A DNA stretch of 64,000 bases from Octopus vulgaris (Eukaryota). The DNA lies in assembly GCA_951406725.2 (NCBI GenBank), contig OX597827.1:18104001-18168000 (forward strand), read 5' to 3'. The notes under the pieces are model-generated. The model was not told the origin of the DNA and ran no database searches. It saw nothing but the letters and a program-made list of their open reading frames with translations. A program made the translations under genes and the position numbers. This document shows positions 39,438 to 52,962 of this stretch, in pieces. Each line of letters starts with the position of its first letter. Within the stretch, counting starts at the first letter, position 1.

Positions 39438-40190
39438 CGGAGGCGCAATGGCCCAGTGGTTAGGGCAGCGGACTCGCGGTCGTAAGAACGCAGTTTCGAT
39501 TCCCAGACCGGTGAAAGAGTACAGCGGGGTTCACCACCCCCACCCATCCCCGCCGGAGCCTCGTGGAGCTTAGGTGTTTATGCTCAATAAACACTCATAA
39601 TGCCCGGTCTGGGAATCGAAATCGCGTTCTTACGACCGCGAGTCCGCTGCCCTAACCACTGGGCCTTGTGGTTGTGAGTGTTTATTGAGCGAAAACATCT
39701 AAGGTTCCGGTAGGGGGTGGTGGCGACCCCTGTTGTACTCTTTCGCCCCAACTTTCTCTCACTCTTTCTTCCTGTTTCTTGTCCCCGACTTCCTACGCAA
39801 CCGCTGAGCCTGGATGCGCATTCATCCATCCGTCGATGCTCTCGGTGTCGGGGGATTGACCTGCTTTCTCTTCTGCGGGTCTTACGAATAGCAAAGGACC
39901 ACGTTTCGGACTTCTCCCACTCTGGGACGAAGACCGCTTCGCTCAACAAACAAACAAACAAGCATCAACAACAACAGCGGCGGAGGCGCAATGGCCCAGT
40001 GGTTAGGGCAGCGGACTCGCGGTCGTAAAAACGCGGTTTCGATTCCCAGACCGGGCATTGTAAGTGTTTATTGAGCAAAAACACCTAACCTCCACGAGGC
40101 TCCGGCGGGGCTGGGTGGGGGTGGTGAACCCCGCTGTACTCTTTCACCACAACTTTCTCTCGCTCTTTCTTCCTTCTTCTGCCACAAAGA
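39438..40190. mobile_element. Cluster of SINE family C pieces (direct, inverted, direct, direct)
   Basis: Heads at 39438(+), ~39665(-), 39981(+); body with tail type 4 at 39668-39960. Confidence 0.85.
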
Positions 40191-40249
40191 AGAAGAAGTA
40201 GTAGTAGTAGTAGAAGAAGAAGAAGAAGAAGAAGAAGAAGAAGACAACA

Positions 40250-40720
40250 GCAGCATTAACAGTCCTACTGGGGATACAGGATCGAACTCACTATCCAGGC
40301 AACAACTTAAATCGGATTGCTGAGGAGATAGTGCTGCCCGATGACTTAAGATTGAGGGTGGTAGTGGAGTGCAGGCCACCTGTATGTTTTGCATGTGGGG
40401 AGAAAGGCAACATGAAGGCGAGATGCCCACAGAGAGAACAGATGGAGAAGCAGGAGAGTGCGGACCAGGTGGTACAGGTCGAGATGGAAGAAGAAACAAC
40501 GGAGGAGGGGATTCACGGTGGTGGGAAGAAAACGAAGTGGAAGAGTAAGCCCGCCGCCAGGGAACCAGAAAACGAAGAAAGAAAAGGTGGAGATGAAAGA
40601 TGCGACCAGAAGGAAAGAAGACAAAACGGGGGTGGAGAAAGAAAGTGAAAAAGCAAAGGACCACGTTTCGGACTTCTCCCATCTTGCGAGCTCTGGGACG
40701 AAGACCGTTCGCTCAACAGC
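40250..40720 (+). pseudogene. LINE ORF1 (zinc-knuckle) fragment joined to a 3' tail, Tx1/L1-like
   Basis: LRVVVECRPPVCFACGEKGNMKARCP (CX2CX4[H>N]X4C); followed by the tail shared with SINE at 39890-39948. Confidence 0.65.
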
Positions 40721-41059
40721 AACAGTATCAGCAACAATAAATAGTAATTTTTAAGACATAAGGGTGGCGGGGTGAACACGAAATGTGTTTGTGAAGAGAC
40801 AAGAGTACAGCCTAATATATTGTCCCTCAGTATATAACTGGTATTTTGTTATTTCTACTCTAATCGGAAGGATAAAATGGTAAAACTGATCTCGTTGAGA
40901 TTTGAACTAAATACTTCTAGGGCTTTTTTTTTTTTTTTTGCTTCTGGGCCCTAATGGACCACATATTTTCTGAAAGGCGAAAAGAAGGGTGTCGATTTCA
41001 TGGACTCTAGTATGTTAAAGGTACTTATTGCATTTATATTTTGAATTAATACAAGGGGT

Positions 41060-41275
41060 GGAGGAGCTAGCAGAATCGTTAGCACGCCGGACGAAACGCT
41101 TAGCGATTATTTCGCCTGTCTTTATGCTCTGAGTTCAAATTCCGCCGAGGTCGACTTTGCCTTTCATCCTTTCGGGGATCGATAAATTAAGTAGCAGTTG
41201 CGTACTGGGATCGATCTAATCGATATCCCCCTCCCCCAAATTTCAGGCCTTGTGCCTATAATAGAAAGGATTATT
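41060..41275 (+). mobile_element. SINE family A
   Basis: Family A motifs. Confidence 0.85.
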
Positions 41276-41343
41276 TTGAATTAATGTGAAGGCAGTGAGT
41301 TGGCAGAATCGTTAGCACGCTAGTGCATACACACATACATACA

Positions 41344-41721
41344 TGATGATGATGGCCGTCCACTCGTGACCGAGGAAGACCATTGCCGACCTTCAGGAAC
41401 ATTGTGCGCTCCAGGACTAACTTATATTTTACATTTGCGGCTCCGTTGGTGGCTAATGAGCCCTGCTCTTGACAAGCACACACGACTGCGAACATTGCAG
41501 ACCAAGCTTTCCCCATTCACTTTACGAGCCGTGCGCTCTCACGCAGCTCGCTTAAGTTCTTCATGCTGGATACGTGCTCTCCCAAAAGTGTCGGTCCCCT
41601 CCTGAACCTGCTTCCTCCATCTGTGGCGATGACAGGCATTGTTCTCCCAGCCAGTGTCCTGCATATGACAGGCCTTTAATGAGGACTTGACACAGTCATT
41701 AAATCGCAGCCTTGGTTTCTG
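41344..41721 (-). pseudogene. 3' end of RTE-clade LINE
   Basis: QKPRLRFNDCVKSSLK..WENNACHRHRWRKQVQEG, C-terminal zinc-finger-like CNVRSRVCLSRAGLISHQR, (CAT)n tail. Confidence 0.8.
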
Positions 41722-42485
41722 CATACATACATACATACATACATGCATACATACATACATACATACATACATACATACATACATACATACATGCATACAT
41801 ACATACATACATACATACATACATACATGCATGCATGCATGCATACATACATACGTGCATGCATGCACGCATACATACATGCATGCATACATACATGCAT
41901 GTATGCATGCATACATACATGCATACATACATACATGCATACATACATGCATACATACATGCATTCATGTATGCATGCATACATACATACATGCATGCAT
42001 ACATACATACTTAGCGGTTCGGCAAAAAAGTCCGATAGAATAAGTACTGGGCTTACAAAAGAATAAGTCCCGGGGGTCGAGTTGCTCGACTAAAGGCGGT
42101 GCTCCAGCATGGCCGCAGTCAAATGACTGAAACAAGTAAAAGAGTAAAAGAGTATTACTGTTAGAGGAAGGGGAGATCTGCAGTTGCCCAAACATGTAAT
42201 TCTTCCTCGCCACCTTATGGATGTTTATCGCGGGAATGGCGAAGCACACAAACCTTGGCACCGGTGCTCGTCCCCCGGCATTGCGCCAGAATTGCAAAGA
42301 CGTGAAGAAAATACCAAACAGACGCCTCATCCAATGTTCTAACAATTACGCCCCGCCATTCCCGCCCAAGTCTGATACTTTATTTATCGACCCCGAAACA
42401 TAACATACATGTATACCCATATGCACATCCATACTAATTTACATATTCTTAGTTACATATATATATATATATATGTATATATATG

Positions 42486-42518
<33 letters not shown>

Positions 42519-42749
42519 GTATATATATGTATATATATGTATATATATATATGTATATATATATATCACAGATCTATACATACAAAGATGCATGTATACA
42601 AACATATGTGGATTCATTCATACGTATATGCATATATATGCATACATGCACAGAGACACATTCATTCATAAATATACATACATACACACCGGCACACGTA
42701 CATATCCATAGCAACATGTATAACTATATATACGCAGCCACATGTATGC

Positions 42750-42830
<81 letters not shown>

Positions 42831-43086
42831 CACATCCACACATGCATACATACATACATACATACATACATACATACATACATACATACATACATACATA
42901 CATACATACATACATACATACGTAGGTATACAGGTGTGTAGATTATCAGGTGCAGATTAGCAGGATGTAAGAAAAACAGTACGTCATTCAAAGAAAGGCA
43001 ACGGGAGAGAAAACGTGTCTGCGCACGCGCTCGTATGTGTGTGTGTGTGTGTGTACGTGCGCGCGCATGTCCGTGAGAGAGAGTGT

Positions 43087-43121
<35 letters not shown>

Positions 43122-43255
43122 AAGAAAGAACGAGTTTGTGGGCCTGTACGTATGTGTAAGAGTGTAAGAGAGAGCGTGAAAGAGAGGTTGTGTACAGGTG
43201 AGGAATGAGAAATGGAGGGGAAGAAATAGCGGGTTTGTGTAGGTCTGTGTCGATC

Positions 43256-43293
<38 letters not shown>

Positions 43294-43525
43294 GTATACG
43301 TAGAAAAAAAAGAGTGAGAGAGAGAGAGGGAATGAGAGAAAGTGAGAGGGAGAAGGGTGGAATGCAACAAGTTATTTTCAGCCGATATTTCGTTAAAACA
43401 AAGTTGCTGTCAGCCAACTTAACTACCGACAACAGTATAAACCGTTATACCGTTAATCTGGAATTCTGCTATAACCATTATAACATTATTCTCTCACATC
43501 AGCTGTTTTGCTGAAGGCAAGTTAA

Positions 43526-43942
43526 GGATCTTTTCGGTTTGAACGGTAGTTTTTTCTAGCGGTGTCATATGAAATTGTCACCCATAATTATGACCCTAGT
43601 ATCGATCTATTGCATTTCAATCTGTTTTAGGTTTAGGGTTAGGGGTGGGGGAAGGGTATCTTTTTTTCTTCACAAATGTAAATAAACCCAATCTGTTTCT
43701 TAAACGAGGGACATATTCATACGGCACAGAATGTATTTTACCTCAGTGGACGTCATTGATTGGTTGAAATTGCAGAAATTGAAGAAAAAAACCAACAAAT
43801 ATCTTACAAACCATAGAATTTTCTCAATAAAGCCAAGAGAAAAAGATGTTTTATAAATACATTCTACCAGTATACGAAGTTTAAAAGTGTTTAGTTACGT
43901 GGAAATTATTTTTAAAAACTGCCGTTCAAGCCGAAAAGATCC
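43526..43942 (+). mobile_element. Non-autonomous TIR transposon, 8-bp TSD CAAGTTAA
   Basis: ~28-bp imperfect TIR GGATCTTTTCGGTTTGAACGG.AGTTTT at both ends; internal TTAGGG repeats. Confidence 0.92.
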
Positions 43943-44394
43943 CAAGTTAAGACTTCAGTAGGTAAAACACATCGACAACAGTGTTCCTTAATTCCGTTGA
44001 TCCGACAAACCGCTATACCGATATACCATTGTTGTCTCTCATTCAAGTGTTCAATAAAGACAAAGTTAGTATTATGTAAGCTAAACAGACGATAACGAAG
44101 TAACGTAATACCGTTAATCTGATATACTAGTATACCTCTATACTGTTATTCTTTCCCATCAGTCGTATAACGAAGGCAAGTATAAAGTTAAGTAGGCAAA
44201 TGAGAAACATTAGTATACACACTGATAATATGATATTCTGGTAAACCGTTATTCCATTATACAAATAACTTGTACACTCAAGTAGGTAACCTGACATGCT
44301 ACTTTGCACTGTTATTTGTTGGGATTGTTGCAGAGCTATGGCACTCTCTAGCGGTTCCCGGTTCCTTGGTGCATTACTGGTATATCGGGATATA

Positions 44395-44837
44395 GGATCT
44401 TTTCGGTTTGAACGGCAGTTTTTTCTAGCGGTGTCATATGAAATTGTCACTCATAATTATGACCCTAGAATCGATCTATTGCATTTCAATCTCTTTTAGG
44501 GTTACGGTTAGTTAGGGTTAGGGTTAGGGTTAGTTAGGGGTGGGGGGAAGGGCATCTTTTTTTCTTCACAAATGTAAATAAACCTAATCTGTTTCTTAAA
44601 CGAGGGACATTTTCATACGGCACATAATGCTTTTCAACTCAATAGATGTCATTGATTGGTTGAAATTGCAGAAATTGAAGAAAATAAACAACAAATATCT
44701 TACAAACTATAGAATTTTCTCAAGAAAGCCAAGAGAAAAAGATGTTTTATAAACACATTCTACCAGTATACGAAGTTTAAAATTTTTTAGTTACCTAGAA
44801 ATTATGTTAAAAACTGCCGTTCAAACCGAAAAGATCC
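44395..44837 (+). mobile_element. Same TIR family, 8-bp TSD GGGATATA
   Basis: Perfect TIRs, TSD, internal (TTAGGG)n. Confidence 0.92.
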
Positions 44838-44977
44838 GGGATATATAGTAGGGAACATATAACAAGGTGTGTAAGTGTGTGTGCGCATGTGGGTGTGTGC
44901 GCATGTGTGTGTGTGCTCATGTGTGTGTGTGCGCATGTGTGTGTGTATGTGTGTGTGTGCGTGTGTGTATACATACA

Positions 44978-45393
44978 CTTTACTCTCTTTCACTCTTTTA
45001 CTTGCTTCAGGCATTTGACTTTGGCCATGCTGGAGCACCGCCTTTAGTCGAGCAAATCGACCCCAAGACTTATTTTTTCTACGCCTATTACTTATTCTAT
45101 CAGACGATTTTGCTGAACTGCTAAGTTACAGAGACGTAAACACACCAGCATCAGTTTTGTTGAGTGGGGGAGAAACACAGACACACAAACATATACACAC
45201 ACACATACATATATATACATATACATATATACGACGAGCTTCTTTCAGTTTCCGTCTACCAAATCCACTCACAAGGCTTTGGTCGGCCCGTGGTTATTGT
45301 AGAAGACAATTGCCCAAGGTGCCACGCAGTGGGACCGAACGGGAACCATGTGGTTCATAAGCAAGCTACTTACCATACAGCTTCTCCTACGCC
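44978..45393 (-). mobile_element. SINE family B
   Basis: Reverse copy. Confidence 0.85.
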
Positions 45394-45925
45394 TATGTTT
45401 GTATGTATGTATGTATGTATGTATGTATGTATGTACGTACGTACGTATGTATGTATGTATGTATGTATGTATGTATGTTTGTATGTACGTACGTACGTAT
45501 GTATGTATGTATGTATGTATGTAATGTATGTATGTATGTAAGTATGTATGTATGTATGTATGTATGTATAGGTGTGTACTTGTGTGTGTGTGTGTGTGTG
45601 TGTGTGTGCAACATAATTTATTGCGCCATCAATTCTGTATCTTTCGTTGGCCAATCTCGAACAGGAATCCAACAAAACAAAAACGCTTCTCTCTTCCTAT
45701 CTTTGATGTGAAATAAACAGATGGCTCCGGGCTTGGCCTTTGTCAGATGTTTTGGTTTTTCATATACATACATGAACACACACACACATACTCTCATAGA
45801 CATACACATATATCAGTGTGTGTATGAGTTTTGTTATTTTACTTTCCTAACCTGGAATGGGTCCTCTCTGTCTATGTCTAGCGTTCAGTCATGCCTGTTC
45901 CTCCTGTATGAATGAGTGCATAACT

Positions 45926-45956
<31 letters not shown>

Positions 45957-46005
45957 AAACAAGTCAAAAATAGAAAATGCTAAGATAATTTTATAGTGAA
46001 TCTTT

Positions 46006-46044
46006 CAGTACCGGTTTCAGTCATTTTGAGACCTTTTTCAACTG
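46006..46044 (-). ncRNA. Minimal type I HHR, U3-A8 variant (left arm of fold-back)
   Basis: CAG-TTGAAAA-A-GGTC-TCAAAAT-GACT-GAAA-CCGG-TA-CTG on minus strand. Confidence 0.6.
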
Positions 46045-46324
46045 TAACGATTAAATAATTAAATTTAGAAAAATTAGAAGAAAAGTTTTTTAAAAGAATA
46101 TTTCTATAGTAGTGTTCAGATGTAAGTGGCATTCTGCCTTTCTCTGACTCCCTTGTTTGCACTTGTGTGTTCGAGGTCGAACACACAACGACCTCGAACA
46201 CACAAGTGCAAACAAGGGAGTCAGAGAAAGGCAGAATGCCACTTACATCTGAACACTACTATAGAAATATTCTTTTAAAAAAACTTTTCTTCTAATTTTT
46301 CTAAATTTAATTATTTAATCGTTA

Positions 46325-46362
46325 CAGTTGAAAAGGTCTCAAAATGACTGAAACCGGTACTG
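46325..46362 (+). ncRNA. Minimal type I HHR, U3-A8 variant (right arm of fold-back)
   Basis: CAG-TTGAAAA-GGTC-TCAAAAT-GACT-GAAA-CCGG-TA|CTG. Confidence 0.6.
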
Positions 46363-46411
46363 AAAGATTCACTATAAAATTATCTTAGCATTTTCTATTT
46401 TTGACTTGTTT

Positions 46412-46461
<50 letters not shown>

Positions 46462-46525
46462 ATATTGTAGTGCGCTTGAATATTGTCAATATCATTCAAG
46501 ATATCTGATGATTATATATATATAA

Positions 46526-46556
<31 letters not shown>

Positions 46557-46844
46557 CTTTACTATAGCATCATAAAATTATCGACTGCTATTTCCAGTAA
46601 ACATTGGTGTCTTGTTGTACCACTATTTTATATAAATATAGTTTCGCACTGGGGGCGATATAATCGACTCAATCCCTTCGTCTGTCCTTGTTTGTCCCCT
46701 CTATGTTTAGCCCCTTGTGGGCAGTAAAGAAATACATATATATATATAGTAAATCCCAAAAAGAAACGAAGAACAAACGCAAGAAAAAGGAGGATGTGGT
46801 ACATGCAAAGTATTAGCAGACGTTCAGGGAAGGAAAGAAAGGTG

Positions 46845-46879
46845 GTTTTACGTTTCGAACAAAGTTCTTCTTCAGAAAC
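46845..46879 (-). ncRNA. Minimal type I HHR in a Penelope-type element (~46750-46960)
   Basis: GTTT-CTGAAGA-A-GAAC-TTT-GTTC-GAAAC-GTA|AAAC. Confidence 0.7.
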
Positions 46880-48228
46880 AGAAGAAAGTCTTAAGAGAAA
46901 AGGAAGATGGAGGGGGAAAATCGCCAACGATACACATATGGTTACATTTTGAAATGACCGGAAAGGAACGGATGAAGAAAAAAGTTCTTTCTAAGACAGG
47001 AGAATGTGATATACCATTGTCCGTTGCTTGCTGACTTGCTTGTCTGCTTGCTGACTTGCTTGTCTGCTTGCTAAGTTTGTTGTTAGCATGCTGGCTTATT
47101 TCGTTGCTTCCCGAATTTGTTTGTTTGTTTGTCGTTTTGCTTTTGTAATTTTTTTTTTTTTTTTTTTTACTTTCTTGTCGCCATCGTTTAGCTCCCCGGC
47201 CAACCTTGATTGGACAGACCTGTAATCAAAGGCGTTCCAGCCGTGTCAATCCCTTCATTTATTTGGACACTATCGGCTGTCCTTGTTACATTTTAGGTTC
47301 TGATCCAGCAGACTTTATGATAAATGACCGATACATATATAATGGTTAACAACATAGTAGTAGTGTACCGTGAGTGCACCTGAACGGACTAGTTTAGTGG
47401 ACAGTGGTCTTAGGCTGGACATTGCCAAATTGATACGGTATTTATTCAATATCACAGCTACAGAGGATATGTTCCGAGACTGGACAGCACCAGATTGCAA
47501 TAGTACCTATTGTTATCATGGTGGCTAGTTAGAGGTCTGAAGCTGGACAATGCCATATTGATAAAGTTGGACATTACTATATCACAGCTAGGTTGGCTGT
47601 GGACTGAAACTGGACGTTGTCATATTGATAAAGTTCCTGTATATTATGACAGCTAGCTAAACTGTAATTTGAAACTAGATATACCGATTCAACGTGGAAT
47701 AGATTCACTGGTACAGCACGGTGGACTGATTGGTGGACAATGGTCTTAGGGTGGACACTACCAACATTGGTACCTACGTACTATATTTCTACTGCCCCGA
47801 CTAGGTGGACATATTAATGGACGGTAGTCCCAAACTGGATATTCCCAAACAAAGATTCACCTCGTATTAACCAATAACAACAACTACGAAGATGATGAGT
47901 TTGAATAGGGTGTGAACATGTAATTAAGCACTGTGACAATACGCGAAGCTACTCACACGTATAAACAAGATGCTACAATGTGCCAAACATACAAGGAAAA
48001 GTTCTGTAACTCACGTGACTCCGGGTGTTCAGAAATACCCTCTGCAGTAGTTCTTATGTGACTACCTGTGACTCTTCAAGTATTGGTAATGTCTGTTCTG
48101 CAATACAATAGTAAAAGTGAAAGTAGAAAAATGGATGACGTCGTTACAGGATTGTTATAATGTTACGACGGCATGATACATAGTTGCAGTTAGAGCAGGA
48201 CAGATTAAAGATAGATAGAGAGATAGAG

Positions 48229-48269
<41 letters not shown>

Positions 48270-48284
48270 CACACACACACACAC

Positions 48285-48397
<113 letters not shown>

Positions 48398-48558
48398 AAG
48401 ATAGATTTATACATATACATATATATGCGTCTATATATCTGTGGATATCTATATACATAATAAATATATAAACATTTATATCTTTATATACACATATACT
48501 TATACATATATTTAAGTATTTGTATGCGTGTGTATATACATACATACATACATACATG

Positions 48559-48609
<51 letters not shown>

Positions 48610-48612
<3 letters not shown>

Positions 48613-48819
48613 CATGTTTACCTCGTGAAAACCAGTCGCGATTTTTCACTCAGACCGCCCGCCTCGGGATCTTTCTTTCTCTTATGTTTCCGACGAAGAG
48701 CTCCGCTCGAAACGTCATACCCTCCTTCTTCCCGTTTTCCTGAGCGCCTAATAATAATACTTTAATTGTTCCACCTCCTTGTGTTGTTGTTTTTTCTGTT
48801 TTCTCGTTTGGATTAACCT

Positions 48820-48820
<1 letters not shown>
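48610..48820 (+). mobile_element. (TA)n-embedded Penelope-type element with HHR motif (48686-48720)
   Basis: GTTT-CCGACGA-A-GAGC-TCC-GCTC-GAAAC-GTC-ATAC; 3' part similar to 46750 element. Confidence 0.65.
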
Positions 48821-48883
<63 letters not shown>

Positions 48884-49459
48884 TGAGTTTATGTATGTGT
48901 GTGTATATATATCTGTGTGCGTGTTTGTATGAAGTAATGATTTATAAAGTTTCGACTTTCACTAAAATGTGTTGCACGTGCTTTCGCGCGCGCGTGAGTG
49001 CTTGCGCGCGTGAGTGCTTGCGCGCGCGCGCGAAGGTGTATGTCTGTGTGTGTTTGTGTGTGTGTGTGTGTGTGCGTGTGTGTTTGTGTTTATTCCATTC
49101 GGTCTCATTAATTGCTCCTCAGCCTCAATTAAAGAAACGACATCCACATTGTTTACATCAACCGTCTGTAGTAAACATGTCATCTTACACCGTTGACGTA
49201 TCACAACTCTGCGTTTGTGTATGTGTGTATTTGTATGTATGTGCAAGCAAGCACGTGTAGTATGTGTGTGTGTGTGTGTGTGTGTGAGTGTGTGTGTGTG
49301 TGAGTGTGTGTGTGTGTTAGCGTGTGTACGTATGTGTATGTGTGTTTGTGCGTGAATGTGCATGTGTGTGTGTGTGCGTGTGTATGCGCGTATGTGTGTG
49401 CTTTTGTACAAGAAGGATAGTGCGCGTGCAAATGCATGTTCGCGCGCAGACATGCTTCG

Positions 49460-49516
<57 letters not shown>

Positions 49517-49778
49517 TGTGTCTGAATCTGTTCAGAGTTCCTCTATAATCATAGCTAAATTTTTATTTTCATCCTCTTTCTACAACCATCAAGACTACGA
49601 GTTCGATCCCACAGCGTGGCATCTTGGACATATGTCTATTTCTTTTTCTTTTATGGCCTTATATCCCCCCCCCCCCCATATCTTATAAGGAAAATTAAGA
49701 CAGGAACTGTATATATGAATTCGGTGGAATTTACCTGTATTTCAAACGATACAGCTTTGTAGAACAACGTTAAACGTA

Positions 49779-49820
<42 letters not shown>

Positions 49821-49823
49821 TGA

Positions 49824-49872
<49 letters not shown>

Positions 49873-49957
49873 GAATATTCGACCACTACTCACACATTAA
49901 TTCAATTTACAGTCTAATTCAGTTGATTGAACGACCATCCGAATTACGCATAAATAC

Positions 49958-50039
<82 letters not shown>

Positions 50040-50310
50040 ATATGTAAAAAATACAAACTGGAAGAAGAACGCAAAACATTTAGAAGACGATACAAAAAAC
50101 ACGAACGGGACATTCGAAGCCTTCAATCTTCAGTCAAGAACCGGATCATCCTCGCAATTTTGGCTGATTAATCTTGAGATCGCTCCTATCCGGCCAGCCC
50201 CCAGGAAAAACTAAGCTACGAGCATTAGATTTCTTGGAAAAAGGATCGAATGCATACGAAACAAGGACAGAAAAACGGACGATGCCACACGAATATAAAT
50301 ACAAAAAACA

Positions 50311-50441
<131 letters not shown>

Positions 50442-50468
50442 CGTATATAATTTAGTTATAAGGATTCA

Positions 50469-50502
<34 letters not shown>

Positions 50503-50781
50503 GCATATTATGAACAGATAGATAGATAAGTTTTAAGTGTGTGTATCTATGTTTGACTTTACAAACCATTAAAAATGAAAAGGAATCCGTCGTTTTTTAC
50601 AAGTTTTTTTCCGTCTCTACTCTCGTCGTTCCCGTTCCTTCAGGATTGGAAAAAGATGCTCGGAGTTTACAACGGCGATTAATTTTCAACTTTGAATGAA
50701 TGACTGAATGAATGAATATATATATTGCTCGCGCACGTGCACACATATAAACATGCACGCACATAAATATATATGCACTTG

Positions 50782-50867
<86 letters not shown>

Positions 50868-51143
50868 ACATACATATTATATATATATATACATGCATAC
50901 ATATATATACTATAATATATATATATATGCACACACATACATAATATATATACATATACATACATATATATATTATATATATATATATATATAAAGCTAT
51001 TTAAATATATATACATGCATATATATACAGATACACACACACATTTATATATATATAAACATATATATATATATATACATATATATATACATATACATAT
51101 ATATATATATACATATATATATATGTTTATATATATATATATG

Positions 51144-51232
<89 letters not shown>

Positions 51233-52901
51233 CACACACATATATATAAACATATATATATATATGTGTATATATACATATATACACACACCACATGGAG
51301 ACGTAAAGTTCAGTAAGCAAGCAGCACCAACCTCTTGTTGTCTGTTATGAAATAAAAAACCTTGTCTGTTCTTCCGTTCTTAACTGTTGCTTTACTTAAC
51401 ACTGTTTTGGCTCACTTACCTGGCTTGGCTTTATTTATATATATATACATATATACATACACACTATATATATATATATATATATATATGACAGAAATGA
51501 TAGAGGGAAAGGAAGAGGCAGAGGGAGAGCAATTGAGCGCAAATAATGAGCCTGTGAGAGGGGCAACTGGGTAGGAATTAGTGAGGGGTGGTTTGAAAGA
51601 CGGGTTTGAGGGCGAGATAAAGAATGGAGGAAAAGTGAGGGTAGATAAGGTGGGAGAGAGAGAGCGAGGAGCTGGCTTTTCGGGGTATAGTGGCAGGGGT
51701 GGAACTGTTTATGTTGATGGTGTTACGATGCTGGTTATAAAATGGTAATGGTGGTGGTGGTGGTTTGTTTTCAGGAGTTACTTGATGGTGGTGGTCGTGA
51801 TAATGATGAGTGATACTGATGTTGTTGTTGCTGTTGTTGTTGTTGTTGCTGTTGTTGTTTTTTTCTTGCTGGTGGTGGTGGTGGTACCGGTGGTTACTGG
51901 AGGTGGTGATGGTCATGGTGATTAAGATGCTGAAGTTTGTTGTGGTGGTGGTGGTGGTGGTGTTGGAGGCGGTGGAGAATGTTGATGACGAGGTGTCTAG
52001 TGATGGAATAAACTGGAAAGTTGTGAAAATTGTAATGATGTGGCGGTGGTGTGTGTGTGTATGTGTGTGTGTGTGCGTGTGTGTGTGCGTGTGATGTTGG
52101 TAAAGGTGGTGGTGGGTGGTGGTAGTAGTGGTGGGTGTGATGTTGGTGTTGGAAGTGTTAGTGGTTATAATATCAGTAGTGTTAGTAATGATGTTAGCTA
52201 TAAGATGGCCGTTGTGGTGGTGGCGAGCGGCGGTGGTGATGGTTGTGGTAACGGTGGTGGTTGTGGTGGTGGTAGTGGTGGTGGTAGTGGTGGTGGTAGT
52301 GGTGGTGGTAGTGGTAGTGGTGATGGTGGCGAGCGGCGGCGGTGTTGGTTGTGGTAATGGTGGTAATGGTGGTGGTTGTGGTGGTGGTAATTGTAGTGGT
52401 GATGGTGGCGGCGAGCGGCGGTGGTGTTGGTTGTAGTAATGGTGGTGGTTGTGGTGGTGGTAGTGTTAGTGGTAGTGGTGATGGTGGCGAGCAGCGGTGG
52501 TGTTGGTTGTGGAAATGGTGGTGGTGGTGGTGGCGGCGGCGAGCGGCGGTGGTGATGGTTGTGGTAATGGTTGTGGTAATGGTTGTGGTGGTGGTGGTGG
52601 TGGTGGTGGTGATGTTAGTAATAGGGGGTCGGAGAAAGGTGTTGGTAGTGGTATGGTTGTTTGCATTAATATTTCAATATCCTCGCTTTTCTGTCCACCA
52701 CCAACGTACCCCCCCCACACACACACACTTGACCTGCTAAAAATAACTGACAAATTTCCCCTCATATCAAACTCTATCATATTACTAAACGAACATCTAC
52801 ATTGAAACAAAATGGCTTCAGATATATAAGAAGACAGTACGGTCATGGATGGAGCGCCTTTTTTCCATAGCTCTGCTCCATCAACACTGTTCTGTGGCTA
52901 A

Positions 52902-52962
<61 letters not shown>

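Larger units (their letters stand above)
45953..46415. repeat. Near-perfect fold-back, 227-bp arms, 9-nt spacer, flanked by (TA)n
   Basis: 45953-46179 is the reverse complement of 46189-46415 apart from homopolymer length differences. Confidence 0.97.

Noticed and set aside
47380-47800. Loose repeats of CTGGACATTGCCATATTGATA
   Set aside because: Old degenerate tandem repeat with stops; no structure or family assignable
51412-51425. ACTTACCTGGC resembling the U1 snRNA 5' end
   Set aside because: Only ~11 nt; equals a consensus donor on the minus strand, with no supportable exon or U1 body
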